DNA of 63,096 nucleotides, the filler included, from Octopus bimaculoides (Eukaryota), in assembly GCF_001194135.2 (NCBI RefSeq). It is 6 parts of 5 records of this genome, joined end to end, with 100 filler letters (N's around TTAATTAATTAA, not from the genome) between each part and the next. Parts side by side here need not be neighbours in the genome. Positions count along the whole stretch, not along the records: positions 1 to 27,498 come from NC_068993.1; 5 more parts are not named here. The stretch is one strand, 5' to 3'. This document shows positions 12,291 to 25,769 of the stretch, in pieces. The translations under genes and the position numbers were made by a program. The notes under the pieces were generated by a model, which worked only from the letters and a program-made list of their open reading frames with translations, did no database searches and was not told where the DNA came from. Position 1 is the first letter of the stretch; every line of letters begins with the position of its first letter.

Positions 12291-15264
12291 TAAATAAGAA
12301 AAAAAAAAAGAAAAACTATGTTGATTTGATAAAGTAAAGAGTGCATCATGTAAAGGAATAGAAGGATTCAAACTTCCAAAGTATCTAAACCAAAAGGGAA
12401 TTATTCTTTTGAATATTATTCTCAATGTCGAATTGCATTAAATTTCCGATAGTTATTTAATATACTGCAATAATTCGCTCTCACATATATGCCAACAATC
12501 TCACCTGTTATGTAGTCATTTAAATATCACAATCATTAATACACGAAACCACCGGTATTAGCACACAGTAGTCATAATACTCAATAGCAATAACTTCTTC
12601 ACATACATACAGGCAGAAGACCAACATTCACATATATAGAAATCCTACACTTACATACACATACAAGCATACATATGCACACACAGAAACGCCTCCCACG
12701 TAATAACAAAAATCCTATACACATATACACATCGACCATTTCTTATATTGAGAGAAAATAAATATAAATTCCTTCTAAACATCTCATCGCGTTTTCTCTT
12801 ATCATAATGTGAAATGTTGTGTAAGTTTAGTTTATGTAACAGTGCTTAACAAAAACAACGACTGACGCTAGCGCCCTCTATAGGAAATAGAGGTGAGGAC
12901 AGAATATCGCTTGCTTTAGCGAGATTAAGAAGTTCAGCTGAGATTGGACAAGTACTTGACACCTAACACGAACAAGACAGACACCGGAGGGCAATAAGAA
13001 GGCTTGTTATAACGGTTGGTGACGTTGACTATATCAGACAGTTATGATGATGAACCCTTTCTTCGACATTCTTAGCGAAGAAATGAGAAGGAAAGTGATT
13101 GGTTGCGGAAAAATGATACAGTACTTGGCCACCCCTCAGGGAATTTCTATTCGCATCGTAACACCAGTGAACAAGGCTCGTATTAGCCATTCCGATAACA
13201 GGAACTGACAATGAGAAACATATCAATTTATAGATGAGAAAAGGAGAATGAGAAGGGAAAGAAAAAGAAGAGGAAGGTGGTAGGTGGAGGAGAAGAAGAA
13301 GGAGGAGAAGAAGAAGGAGGAGTACGAGGAGGAGGAGTAAGAGGAGGAGGAGATGAAGACAACAGTAACAACTTTAATAACAACTACAACAACAACAACA
13401 ACAACAACAACAACAGCAATAATAATGATAATAATAATGACACTAATAACAGCGTCAAATTATAATAAGAAAGATGAGAAAGGTGGAAAGAAGGGAAATT
13501 CGAGAATGAAGATGAGAATAAAAGGAAAAGCAGAATAAAAATGAAAGAAACAACTGGAAGGAATATGATAAATTAAGAAATAAAGGAGGGGAGAGATATG
13601 AAGTGGAGAAGGATTAGAGACAAGGTGTGTGGTGTGAGAGATATTTATAAAGGAAAGAAAGAAAAGAAAAAAAGACAGAAATAGAAGCATAAAAAAAAAA
13701 CAAATATATTTAAATGTGCGACTATGTATTTGTATTGGAGAGGGTGAACGTAAGGGGAGACAAGAAGATGTATGGAGGGGAAAAAAAATGGCGTGCAAAT
13801 ATACTTATATGTACAGATGTAAACATCGCAAACATCAAGCGTGGCTAGCTTTTATTAAATTCGTTTTCCAGCGACCATTGCATTCCGTGTTCACTTCTAG
13901 ATGCCCTCTGGCCATAAACGGGTTTGTTCTCGGCTTAGGATACGTTACAGGTCTTTGTTCTTTTCTATAGTTTTGTCATTGTTGTTGTTGTTGTTGCTGG
14001 GATTGATTCCGTTGTTGTTGTTGTTGTTGGTGGTGTTGTTGTTGTCGCTTTTCATTTGTTATTGGTGATGTCATTTTGTTTGTTTGTTTTTCCTTGAGTT
14101 TTGTATCCATTGGTGTTGATGTTAATGTTGCTGTTGTTGTTGTATATTGTTAATGATGATGTTATTATTGACAATGCTGCTGCTATTGCGCATGGTAATG
14201 GTATTGCTGTTATCATTGTTTATTTTTGTCGCCGTCGTCGTCGTCGTCGTCGTCGTCGTCATCATAATTCTTGTTATTGTTGTTGTTGTTGTTCGCTTTA
14301 TTCGTATTATCTTGCCCAAATTATTGCTGTTATTGTTGTTGTTGATTTTGTAATTATTGTCATTATCCTATTACCAGAATAGCATATCGCTGCTGTGACT
14401 GTTGTTGTCGCTATGTGCAGATCTTTGATGTAGTTACTGTTATTCCTATTACCATTATTGTTACTGTTAGTGTTGCTGGTGGTGGAAGCCATAGTAACAT
14501 ACATATTGTATTTACTACTACAGCTGTTACTATCATTGTTGTTAATATTACCGATTCAGATATTGTTATTATTCTCATTCCTAATGATATTGTTGTCGAA
14601 GTAAAAGTTATCATTGTCGGAGCTGTTGGCGTCGGTGCGTTTCCTACAGCAGTTTTTGTTGCCCATACCATTCGCAGTCACTGTTATCATTGGTGTTGTT
14701 GTTGTTGTAGTTATAGCCGATATTGTTGTTATTGCTGTTCATGCAGTTACCGTTGACCATAATGATGCCACTGTAATTTGATTTGTTTGAAGTAGTTTCC
14801 GCATTTATTGACACCTTCTCTCACTAACGATGGTTCTTATTATATTCTTGTAATTCCTATTACATCTCGATATTCTACGACCGCCCTGCTGAAGTGTTTT
14901 TTAGTTGTTTGTTCTTGATGAAGTTGTTGTTGTTGTTGTTGTTGTTGTTTCAATTGTAGTAGTTATTTTCTTTTTCTTTACAGTTTTTTTTTTCTCCGTT
15001 TCTTTTTACTATTTTTCTTTCTTTTGTTTCGTGAGATATTTACTGTTGATGCACGGAGAAGTTAATCTTGTTTTATGTTTTCTTTTCTGGAGCCTTTCCT
15101 ATGAGGTTAATCATAGTCGTTTTAATTATATATACATGAGTGTAAGTTTATATATGTACTTGTATGTGTGTATATATATGTCTATGTAATTTGTATATAA
15201 ATCTATCTATTTTTCTATCTACCTATCAATACATACACACACACGCATGGACACAGATATAAAC

Positions 15265-15330
<66 letters not shown>

Positions 15331-15390
15331 ACACACACATATATATGTATACAATATTCTGATTTTGCTCTACATTACTTATATTTGCAG

Positions 15391-15448
15391 GTCTGTAGAG
15401 ACCAGTCTACATCATTCGATGTTTGTACATAGAATAAAGAAAATTTAA
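15391..15448 (+). CDS. Possible terminal coding exon (SVETSLHHSMFVHRIKKI*)
   Basis: Acceptor TTACTTATATTTGCAG; phase-compatible with 9537-9623; TAA at 15446-15448. Confidence 0.3.
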
Positions 15449-16004
15449 ATTACCTGCTAGATACACCACCAGCCTTATATTTCATCTGTAGGAAATAATT
15501 ATTTTTTAACCAAGGTACGCACAAGTGACGGGCTTCTGTCTATTGGCCGCTGATAAATCGTATATTCTACTCTAGGTTTTGCTGGATTTAGTTGGACATA
15601 CATGGGCTATGCATAATGAGAGGGTATATAATTCTTGTTGCCCGTAGAGGTTAGTGACTACTAATAAATGGTGATCGCCAGGATACAAATATGAAATATG
15701 TGTATCTTTATTAGCATTGAAAAGAACTTAAAAACGGCTACAAGGACAGTGAGCCTCGTAAGAAGCCGCGCATATTCTGTCTGTCAGTAGGGAAAATGTC
15801 CGATTATATGTTTGCCGCCCGTTGTGCGCTGTCATTGTAGGCTTCTGACTGTCGGCAATTCGGCCAGAAGCCCTAGGCTGAGAGGCTATATAAAATGTCA
15901 AGATCTATATGTTCTTTTACTAGCAGAGGTTGCAGTCAACTATAATTCATGTCGGACAAAAAACTCATTATAAAATATTATTATAATATTACATAATGTT
16001 GGTT

Positions 16005-16215
16005 TCAAATTTTGGCATAAGGCCAGCAATTTCGGAGGAGAACTGCTAAGTCGATTACATTTGACCCAGGTGCTCAACTGACTCTTATTTTATCAAATCC
16101 GGAAGAAAGAAAATGAAAGACAAAATGGACGTCAGCGGAATTTGAGCTCAGAAAGGAAAATGCAGGAAAAGCCGCAAAACGTTTTGCCAGCGCGCTAACG
16201 ATTTTGTCAGCTGGT
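16005..16215 (-). mobile_element. tRNA-derived SINE with Deu/Nin-like domain
   Basis: GTCGATTACAT...TTATTTTATC...TTTGAGCTCAGAA...GCGCTAACGATT; same family as 20068-20285. Confidence 0.75.
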
Positions 16216-16477
16216 CAGATTATAATATAGTACATATTATATATTAAACTATGATATTATTTATTAAAATAACACTTTTGGAGAGAGACTTCAGCCAAGA
16301 AGATTTGAAGAAGGAATTGTAATTCCGAGATAACTAAATTACAACAGGTATATAGTTCATTTCTTGTTTTATAGTGCATTCTTGTACCATTCTAAACTTT
16401 TATTCTTTATTTTAAAATTTATTTTAATATCAAACCCTGTTTTTTTTTATGTAAGGATAGAAATGAAGTAATATTGG

Positions 16478-16695
16478 AATTAAATTTTGGCACAGGTCTA
16501 GCAAGTTCGAGGGAGAGGCTAAGTCGATTACATCGACCCATGTGTTTAACTGGTACTTATTTTATTGGCTCCGAAGTCGACCTCGGTGGAAGGCAAAGTT
16601 GACCTCAGCGCTATTTGAATTCAGAACGTAAATGTAGACGAAATGCCGCTAAGCATTTTGCCAGGCGTGCTAAAGTTTCAGCCGACTCTCTGTCT
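16478..16695 (-). mobile_element. tRNA-derived SINE with Deu/Nin-like domain
   Basis: GTCGATTACATCGACCC...AACTGGTACTTATTTT...GGCAAAGTTGACCTC...TTTGAATTCAGAACGTAAA. Confidence 0.8.
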
Positions 16696-17529
16696 TAAAA
16701 ATTAAATAATATTGTAAAACACTTTCTGGTTGTGATTTAGATAAATTTGTGTTGATTTTTAATAGAACTATGGAAATCATAAAAAATCTTACTTGAATAT
16801 CTTTCCCAGCCATATATACACGTAGAAATAGAGTAATTTATAAGTTTCTTTCGTAAATATGCATTCATTTAAAAAAAGCTTATACCTTACTCTAATATCC
16901 CGTCACTTATTTTGATTAAAATTTTCAAATTCAATGTTAAAAGGAAATGATAATCCCCCGCTCCGCAAAAAGAAAAAAAATCTTGTGCTCAAATCAAGTG
17001 TTTGAAGAGACCAGTACAACTGAGAATTAATCCTTGTAATTAAGTTATTAAGATCTTCCCGGCAATTCTCTTTTTAAGTGTGTGGTAAATAATAAATATA
17101 GATTACGTTTTTTTTTAAGTGTACCTGATTTTAATAGCTACAAAGTTGACTTTGATATTGGTCGATTAAATATACTGATTATGAGAAGGATTAAGTCCAC
17201 TTGGAAGTAGATCCATTCATACCGTTTCATTGAGTATATTTTATCAGTAAAGCGATAATTCATAAATAACTCTTATCCATGGTCAATTCACCACCGCCCA
17301 TGGCTTTAGCCAGGATTCTCCCTTTTTTCACCATATATTGGATCTCCCTCCCCACATAGCTCGGTGTATATCGCATGAGCACCGAGTGTCTCTGGAAGCT
17401 CTTCCTTAGTTGTCAGCACATTGGTTAAAGTGAAACCAGGCTCCTGTCCTAAGTAACCGTTCTCCTGTTATGCATCGGCCGCTTCCTTTTCAAAACACTT
17501 TCTCTTATATTAGTTTAGATTGGTCGTTC

Positions 17530-17830
17530 TCCAGGACACCTCAATGATCTCACGCGAAAGCGTCATCCATCACGGTCCCACAAGCATGTTCTTAATTCGT
17601 CAACGTTTGCCAGTACACTGTTTTGAAGCATGTTATCCACATAGGTTTGACGTTTTATTCACCTATAGATTCTTCCTTTGACTGGTCATCTGGTCTCTGT
17701 CATGAGACCAGTGAACACACAAGTTTTTCCCCGTGCCAGAAGCAATGACCAACACTACCCATTCTTCTCTGCTGAATCTTCACAGTACTTTGGATAGATT
17801 TTGATATGTCGTGGTCCCAAATATTTCATT
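17530..17830 (-). mobile_element. RTE-like LINE 3' end, decayed
   Basis: Reverse translation ...KRQTYVDNMLQNSVLANVDELRTCLWDRDGW... resembles the RTE ORF C-terminus. Confidence 0.5.
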
Positions 17831-20067
17831 TTTAAAAAATTTATTTTAAAGAAAGCCGAGAAACATCATTGTCACCTTTGATCACACTTCTATCAAGACT
17901 GCGTTCCATTAAATGTTGTCTTTCACGACACACTTCATCTATTGTTCTTTTTCTACGATCTTACGCAAACCATGTACTTTTCCCTAATCACAATGACAAA
18001 GGTTCTTATTGTTGCTGTCTTTTGTTTTTACTATATAACCGGTAACCGATGTCGGTTTTATTTACGTTTATATTATTCACAGCGCTTATATTCTTACCAT
18101 TTTCTCAAATCTATCGGTGTCACACTCGACGCTTCTTAGAAATCCTTCTTCATTTTTTAATTTTTTTTTGTGACGTTTTGGTTTACTTATGTTATGTTTA
18201 CCAATATCAGATAGGAAAATACGTCGGAACCTTCGCCACTTATCCCTACCAGCAAAAATATTTTTCAAGTCAAACGAATCAATAAATAGACAACCAATTC
18301 CACCAATTGGCTTACCCCCAAAGGACTATGAATACCTCAAGAAACCTAGAATCTACGCTAGATCTTCATTGACGCAGTCTTGCAATTCCGTCAAACTAAC
18401 GAGCTATGGGAGAATACTATGGGAGAATAGGGTATTAATTCATGTTGTTTCTGTTCTAGTCTGTGCTTTTATTGTTATTGTGACAATGGGCTTTATTGTT
18501 TTGTTGTTGATATTGTTGATATTTCTTGTGGTGGTTATGATAGTGGATGGCTATTCTCTGAGTTTTCTGGTATCTTGCTGACATTTGTAAGATTTTTTTC
18601 TTTTATTTTTGTTTTTGGTTAAGGGACGATGGTTACTGTCCGTGCTTTTTTTTCTCGTTGAGTTGCCTTTTCGGTCTCATCCTATTTCTAGGATGAGGCC
18701 GGAAACGACAAATCAATGATAAATCGGAGGAGAGAAGAGGCTGATCAGGATGTGTGTGCTTGTATGTCCTTTGCATTAGCATTGTTTCTTAGTCTTCGTG
18801 GTAGAAGTTTTGGCTGATCTTGTTGGTGAAGCCGTTGCTGTTGCTATTCATGCTTTCACTGTGTAGGTGGTGTTGGCATGAAGACGTTTTAACTCTCTTC
18901 ATCTGAAGGCAGAAGTCCGTCTCCCATCTTGTTAGCTGCTGTTCCTATATAACTCTTGGGCCACTTTCAGTCGCAAAACTCATTATGTCACCATTTTTAG
19001 AATGAATACTTAAGGTATCCTCAAAAACAGCATAATTTCTAAACATACTCTGAAGCCATATCTGCAAAAAAAAAACATGAATAGGTTAGTGAAGTGACTC
19101 ATTTTTGAGTCACCATAGTTACTCGTTCGATCATATAGGAATTACGTCATAAATAACCCTTAGGGAAGCCTGTGCGTTTAGCACGTTCTCTGGTCCCTTT
19201 GTTTCTTTACTGAGGTATAAGATTACTGCTATTAGTTATGTAGTGCTATATCAGTTCAAGTGAGAATTCCTAAGTTTGTGGCTAACAGAATCGTTAAACA
19301 GATTGTGTTCTGTATATAACCACTACAAAAGAGTGAGTCGCTGTGATGATTTTCCGAAAAAACACAAAAGCAAAATTCTACCTTTCTTGGACAGAATGAT
19401 TTCACTCTTGTACTTCAAGACAAGGCAAAAGCCTCAGTGCAATCCATCAAGCTGACAGAGATAACTACCAATAATCCTTTCAATCACATCCTACCTCTTA
19501 CAAGAAGGATACATTGCTAGTAATGTTATCCTATGTATGCAAGTCAGATGAGACGGATATAATTGGATCACAGACATGATCAACAACCAAACAGAAGATC
19601 ATAGAGAACTAAGCAACAACTGTAACAATAGAATCCCGATTGGATTACCAAGGATTTAATGTTTTCATATACCTAAAGGATTTTTCCTTCCGGCCATTAA
19701 TCTGTCGTGATGGACTTAAAACTTGTAAGTGCGGGTTAATATGTTCATTGTAGTGAGACACAAAAGAATGTTTAATTAATTGAAATAACAACCTTAATGA
19801 GAAAAATAGTCATTAAGTTTAATTACAATTTTTGGCAAGACGAGCAAGAGGGAAAACTTTAAAATTTAAATGGACTAAACATAACGTTAATAACTTCATT
19901 GTTCTTACTATAGAGAGGCTGAAGAGATAAAATCAGCAAAATATACCAAGCATTTGCCTTGTTTATATATTAGTGAAATAAATGAACGGTGCAATGTAAA
20001 TTTAATACAGCTCTAGTTAAGGGCTGAATACTATTACATCTTCGCTAGTAATATAGTAAATTTCTTT

Positions 20068-20285
20068 AGGGCGGCGCGCTGGCAGAATCGTCAGCACGCC
20101 AGGCAAAGTGTTTAGTGGTATATCGTCTCTATTTACGTTCTGAATTGGAATTTCGCTGACGTCCACTTCGCCTTTCATCTTTTTGAGGTCTATAAAATAA
20201 GTACCAGTTGTGCACTAGGGACGATATAATCGACTTAGCCCCCTCCCCTGAACTCGCTGCTCTATTACGAAAATTTGAAATCAAT
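20068..20285 (+). mobile_element. Full-length tRNA-derived SINE with Deu/Nin-like domain
   Basis: A-box-like TGGCAGAATCG, B-box-like GAATTGGAATTTC, core GCCTTTCATCTTTTTGAGGTCTATAAAATAAGTACCAG. Confidence 0.8.
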
Positions 20286-21863
20286 AGAGTAAATTTCTTT
20301 AGTATAGTAATGCAAGACATTTTCGGTTAATCGGCATCATTAGAAGGATACATGTTAAAAAACAGGTCATATGTACCAACTATTTAGAGATAACAATCGA
20401 TTACAACTATTCTATAGCAAACACTTTTTAAAAGGTCGAAAGAGTATAGACAATGGGTATTTATTTCCTCAGTGACTGGTTGGAAGAAAGGAATTAATTA
20501 TCTTCAAATTGGAATGTATGTTCGAATACTGGCAACTAATGGAACTCCGCAAAAGATACATAAGTGCCAAATGCACGCGTCCGTGCCTGTATGTGAAGTA
20601 GGAGTAGGATTAAATCGGGTGGCGAATAAGTCTACGAGCTCATGGAACTCAGATGGTAACGGAGTGGAACTAATATCAGAAGATATCCAAAACTAACTAA
20701 CGGGCCGACAATTTCACTCGTTACTGCCTTGTTCTTATATTTCACCAAGTTGACAACGGTAGGGTTTGAACCAAACACCGCAAATTATTTTCTCCTTTCT
20801 TATGACGATTGTTCCAAATTTGCCGTCTTTATAAAAAAAGAACTACATCAGCGACATAAATTCAGCTGTTGTTGTTTTGTCCCAAATGGCCCCTGATCAA
20901 ATAATAAACACAAGATCAAAAGAAATTCTAGCTTACAACATCACGTTGCATCTCCCGGAAATAATTTACCGAGAAAGATGTTTTATCTTCAAGACGGTAG
21001 TCTGAGGGATATTTGGTTGCAGTTTCTTCCATGATGTACGACTTCGTAAAGGTTCTTTCCTTTGTATTTTCAGCGCAATTACAGTATGGCTAAAGGTGTC
21101 AGATTAAATCTATTCTAAGAATAACGAATTTAAGAATATAAGAATATAAGAATACAAAGAATGTATGCATGTATGTATGTATGTATGTATGTATGTATGT
21201 ATGTATGTATGTATGTGTGCATGTAAGTATGCATGCATGTGTGTGTGTGTCTGTGTGTATACAGAATATCAACGACTGAAATAATTTCACTCCATCTATT
21301 ATTTTAATCAACAAATCAGAGCAGCTATTTTCTTGAATGTCAGTAATAGAGATTAAAATATTTTTAAAAATAATTATTGCTTTTCGTAAAACATCGTTTA
21401 GTTTCCTAATTATTTCGGTCAGATTATATAACATACTACTCAACACGCATGTGTACACACATGCATACATTCAGGCACACACACACATACATACTCACAC
21501 GCGTTCCCAGATATACACGCACACATATTTACATGCGCACATACACACGTAGCTGTATGTATGTATGTATGTATGTATGTATGTATGCATGTATGTATGT
21601 AGGCATGCATGTGTGTATGTATGTAACTACATAGGAAAATATACGCATGGATGTATGTGAGCACATTGAAAAGTAAACTATATGCAGTTACTTGTTAATA
21701 TACATACATATGCTTATGTCAGTAGATATATCTATATATATGTAATATATGTGTGCGCGTATGTGTGCATGTGTATATATACTATTGCTTGTGCTTAATA
21801 GACATATACATCAATGTGTGTATGAGTGTGTGTATGTGTCATTAAATGTGTCTCGTATGCGAT

Positions 21864-21902
<39 letters not shown>

Positions 21903-22664
21903 TTGTGTGTGTGTGTGTGTGTGTGTGACATTGTGTGTTAAGGTGTGAATAAGTGAAAGTGATGGAGAGAAAACAAGTGTAAATGAAAAACCTCTGTTCA
22001 CATTGCAACAATATCTCGAAGCAATAAAACTATAAACTCTATAATTGAATACTTGATATTTTATTTCAAACCAACCAGTCAATCACCGCCACCTTCTTTC
22101 ACTGCCACCACTACTACCACCACTACTACCACCGACAACGCAACCACTATCACCACCACCTCTACCATCACGTCTTATCAAAATAATCATTTTTCGTGTG
22201 TGCCTGATTAATTGTTCCATTTTTTGTTCTCTTATTATTCTTATCGTATTAGGCACAATTATTTTGTTGTTGTTGTTGTTGTTGTTGTTGTTGCTGCTGC
22301 TGCTGCTGTTGTTGTTGTTGTTGTTTTTGTTGCTGTAGTCGTTGTTGTTGTTGTTGGTGGTGGTGGCCTTACTGCTATGTCGATATAAGTATCGTTGTTG
22401 ATGATGGTATTGTTGTTGTTGCTCTTGGTGGTGGTTTTATTGTTACTTACAAAGTACCATTTATTGTGTTCTGGAACGACAATAGCCGTAAGCAATAAGA
22501 AATGTTGGTTTCTGAATTCCTCTCTTCAAAGACATCAGTTTTGTCTCGATCTCTGAGTCGACGTCGATATTGTTGTGACCGTTTGGAACCGTTGATACCG
22601 TAGGCAGAAGAACAGAATCATTTGTTTGAGAGCAAGTGACTTATTTTTAAACACCTAACGAATT

Positions 22665-23203
22665 AATCGATAGTTCGAAATTTAGATTTGGCGTTTACTT
22701 GATATCTGTTTAGCTTACATCGCTAATGCACATGTGAAAACTGTTGAATGTCGAAGGCTCGCAATTCGCAATATTTTTAAAGCGGTATTTACACTACGTA
22801 CCCCATTTCCATGGCAGTGTTTCCCTCTCCTGGCAAAATGTGATCGTATCAAGGAGAAGCTATGAAACTGGTCTAAGCCACTAGTTTTCATCCTGGGATG
22901 TCGCGTCTATCAAGAATGTTATAGACAGTATTTAGGATTAACAGGTTTTAAATATTGCATATTTACTATCAAATGCGACATCCCAGATGAAAACGAATGG
23001 CTTAGGCTAGTTTCATAGCTTCTCCTAAATACAATCACATTTTGCCAGGAGAGGGAAACACTGCCATGGAAATGGGGTACGTAGTGTAAATAATGCTTTA
23101 AAAATATTGCGAATTGCGTGCCTTCGACATTCAACAGTGCATTAGCGATGTAAACTAAACAGATATGAAGTAAATGCCAAATCTAAATTACGAACTATCG
23201 ATT
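22665..23203. repeat. Fold-back inverted repeat (about 235-bp arms, 70-nt spacer)
   Basis: 22665-22904 is the reverse complement of 22975-23203, with scattered mismatches and one short indel. Confidence 0.95.
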
Positions 23204-24199
23204 TCTTATGAATTTTGACATTTGATAGTAAATGTCAAAGTTCATGTTCCAAACGTTAAGTCAGAATGAGTGAAAAAAACACTGTTGACACAGGTTTTTC
23301 TTTGTTACTTATAATTTCTTTAGTACTGTGAAACATGGGTACCACCTTCCTTAAGTACACAGAGGTAGTATGATAATTTTACAAACAACTTGAAAGCCAT
23401 CGGTTTCAATGGATATGGTACTTGAAAGGTACATAATTTTTCAACTGTGGTGGGAATAACGTTGACGCTGGCATGCAACAATCCTGCTTGACTACGCGAG
23501 TAATAAGAAACTATGAGAAGCTGGAATTAATTAGGATGACATGAGCTCTGAAGCCAGAGTATAAGAAATCTATCGTAGGATGAACTTTAGTGGAATTGAA
23601 AGTGTTCGCCGGTTAACTGGGGATAAAATTTCACCGTAACCAAGATCTGAAATGAGAACTTAGAATGAAATAGTAAAAGTCTGTATGACATTTTGTTTCG
23701 CATCCGCTTTTCTTTTAAGGGAAGAAGCAAGCATAGAATTTTCTGGCAGCAAAACGTAACGATGTATGACAAAGTGTTAATCATTGTTTTACCGTATCGA
23801 CCAGATTATCGGATGTTGTCGTACACCGCTGTGAGTAATGTGGTTCCAGTTTTTCTTGATCGCTCTCTATTTTCCATCGTGAACCGAATCGTTATTTGAT
23901 AAATCCAATACTTAAGACTGCGGTAGTGGTTTGAATACATTATAACCAACATATTTTCAAAACATACCCGGACAAAACACGTTACTAAAACTTGAAGCTC
24001 TCAAGATTGAATGAAAAACGAAAATTCACTCATCAGGAAAACCGAAAGACTGAATTAAAAAATGGTTACAAATTAAAATACTACTATCATCTGCATCCAT
24101 TGATGCAATTCAAGAATACTTGAGTTGAAAACCATGTACAGGATAGCATACAAACATACACCAACAATCAAACGTTTGCAGAGCAAGACTGGGTTATTA

Positions 24200-25720
24200 A
24201 GAAATAAAACATAAACCAGGAGTGATCTCTTCGTTTCTCAACAAACATAGGCCCACTGACTCACCCATCGGTCTACTGAACGATAATCAGAGCATTCTCC
24301 ATCAGGACACATAAGAAGTAGCAGAGGCCCTGGAGAAAGAATATTGCTTTGTCTTCAGTGATATTGAGTTTGAGTGGTCATTTCAATGTAGCCATCGTTC
24401 AACATATCTCCAACATAACTTCCTCTGCCTCAGATATCATGGCAGTAATTATCAAAACCGAACATTATTCTTTAGCCCGAACTCAAATAGATTCCCAGAT
24501 AGATTCCTAAAAGACTGTAGACACCAATATACATCTCCTCCAATCTCCTCCAATCATCTCCTCCAATCTCCTCCAATCATCTCCTCCAATCTCCTCCAAT
24601 CATCTCCTCCAATCTCCTCCAATCATCTCCTCCAGTCATCCCAGTCTTCATGAAGGGAAACAGGCCACTTACAGTTAATTATCACCTCGTCACATTATTT
24701 GAAAGTTTAGGTGACATCAAGAATAACTGGACTCATGGAGAGTGACCACCTCCTAAATTCCAACCTACATGTTTGCTTTGTGGTAGCTATTGTTCAAATT
24801 TGGTTAAACTCTTTGGATATCTCTTTGATGATACCCTAAAAGATTTAGGAGAAAGATCTAAATATTGATGTTATACATCTGAACTTTAGCAAGGCTTTCA
24901 GCAGAGTCGATCACCTCTTCCTACTTTTGGTACAGTCCATCTGTGGAAATCTGCTGCACTGAGTCGAGTACCTAAAGGTGAGTACAATCCAGCATATTGT
25001 GATCGATGGAATTTATTGAAGCCTAGCAAAAGCCCCCAGTGTTATACCAACAGGGGCGGTATTGGGACTGTTTCTCTTCAAGGTATGTATAAACAATATC
25101 TAATTTTATAAAGAACAAGAAAATAAAAAAAAAATCGCATATGACTCCAAGCTTCAAAAACTTACCAATGGCGAAGAGGACCGAGAAAAGTCTGATCAAT
25201 ATATCACAAGTCAGCGAGAAGTGAGAAAAAAATATGCTATTTAAATGGAAGAAAAATATGCTACTAAATGGAAGAAAAAATTGAAAGAGTGAAGGAAAAC
25301 TTTGGAAAAGAGAATATACTCAAACAACCATATTCTTTTCTTCCATGTGTACATGGCATCCAACAATATCAGAGACTGAGGGATATTGTTGACAACGACT
25401 CCGGCCTGAGCGCTCACATGAACAATAAAGTTGATATAGCTTACAAGATGTGCTCCTGCATCCTCAGAAATTTTAGGTTCAGAAACCAGATGTTCTTTGT
25501 ACTTCTTTATACGATTACACTAAGAATACTTTTATACCTGCGACTTTCCCATGCTGAGCCACCCCAGAGAGCAACAACAAACTAAAACAGGAAAATAGAA
25601 TATGTCTGATTTTGATTATTGAGACCATCTTCAAAGACTGAAGTTTTCTCATAAGGCGCCATCATGTGTGCTACATCATTCGTACAATGTGGAGATAACA
25701 TATTCTCCACCAAGTATTGT
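24200..25720 (+). mobile_element. Decayed CR1/L2-group LINE (RT region)
   Basis: DVIHLNFSKAFSRVDH (about 24866-24915) resembles the DFSKAFD motif; VIPTGAVLGLFLFKVCINN resembles PQGSVLGP; AYKMCSCILRNF resembles the thumb region. Confidence 0.7.
24532..24634 (+). repeat. Minisatellite with a 23-bp period (ATCTCCTCCAATCTCCTCCAATC)
   Basis: About 4.5 tandem copies read directly. Confidence 0.9.
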
Positions 25721-25769
25721 CAAAACGAGCTTAACATCAAATTTATAATTCATGCAAGGCTGGAATTTA

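Noticed and set aside
13044-13208. 54-aa plus-strand ORF MMMNPFFDILSEEMRRK...
   Set aside because: It is short, has no recognisable domain and has no splice or promoter support.
21074-21100. Possible micro-exon after TTTTCAG (also near 3723 and 39255)
   Set aside because: The donors are weak, and segments this short are common by chance.
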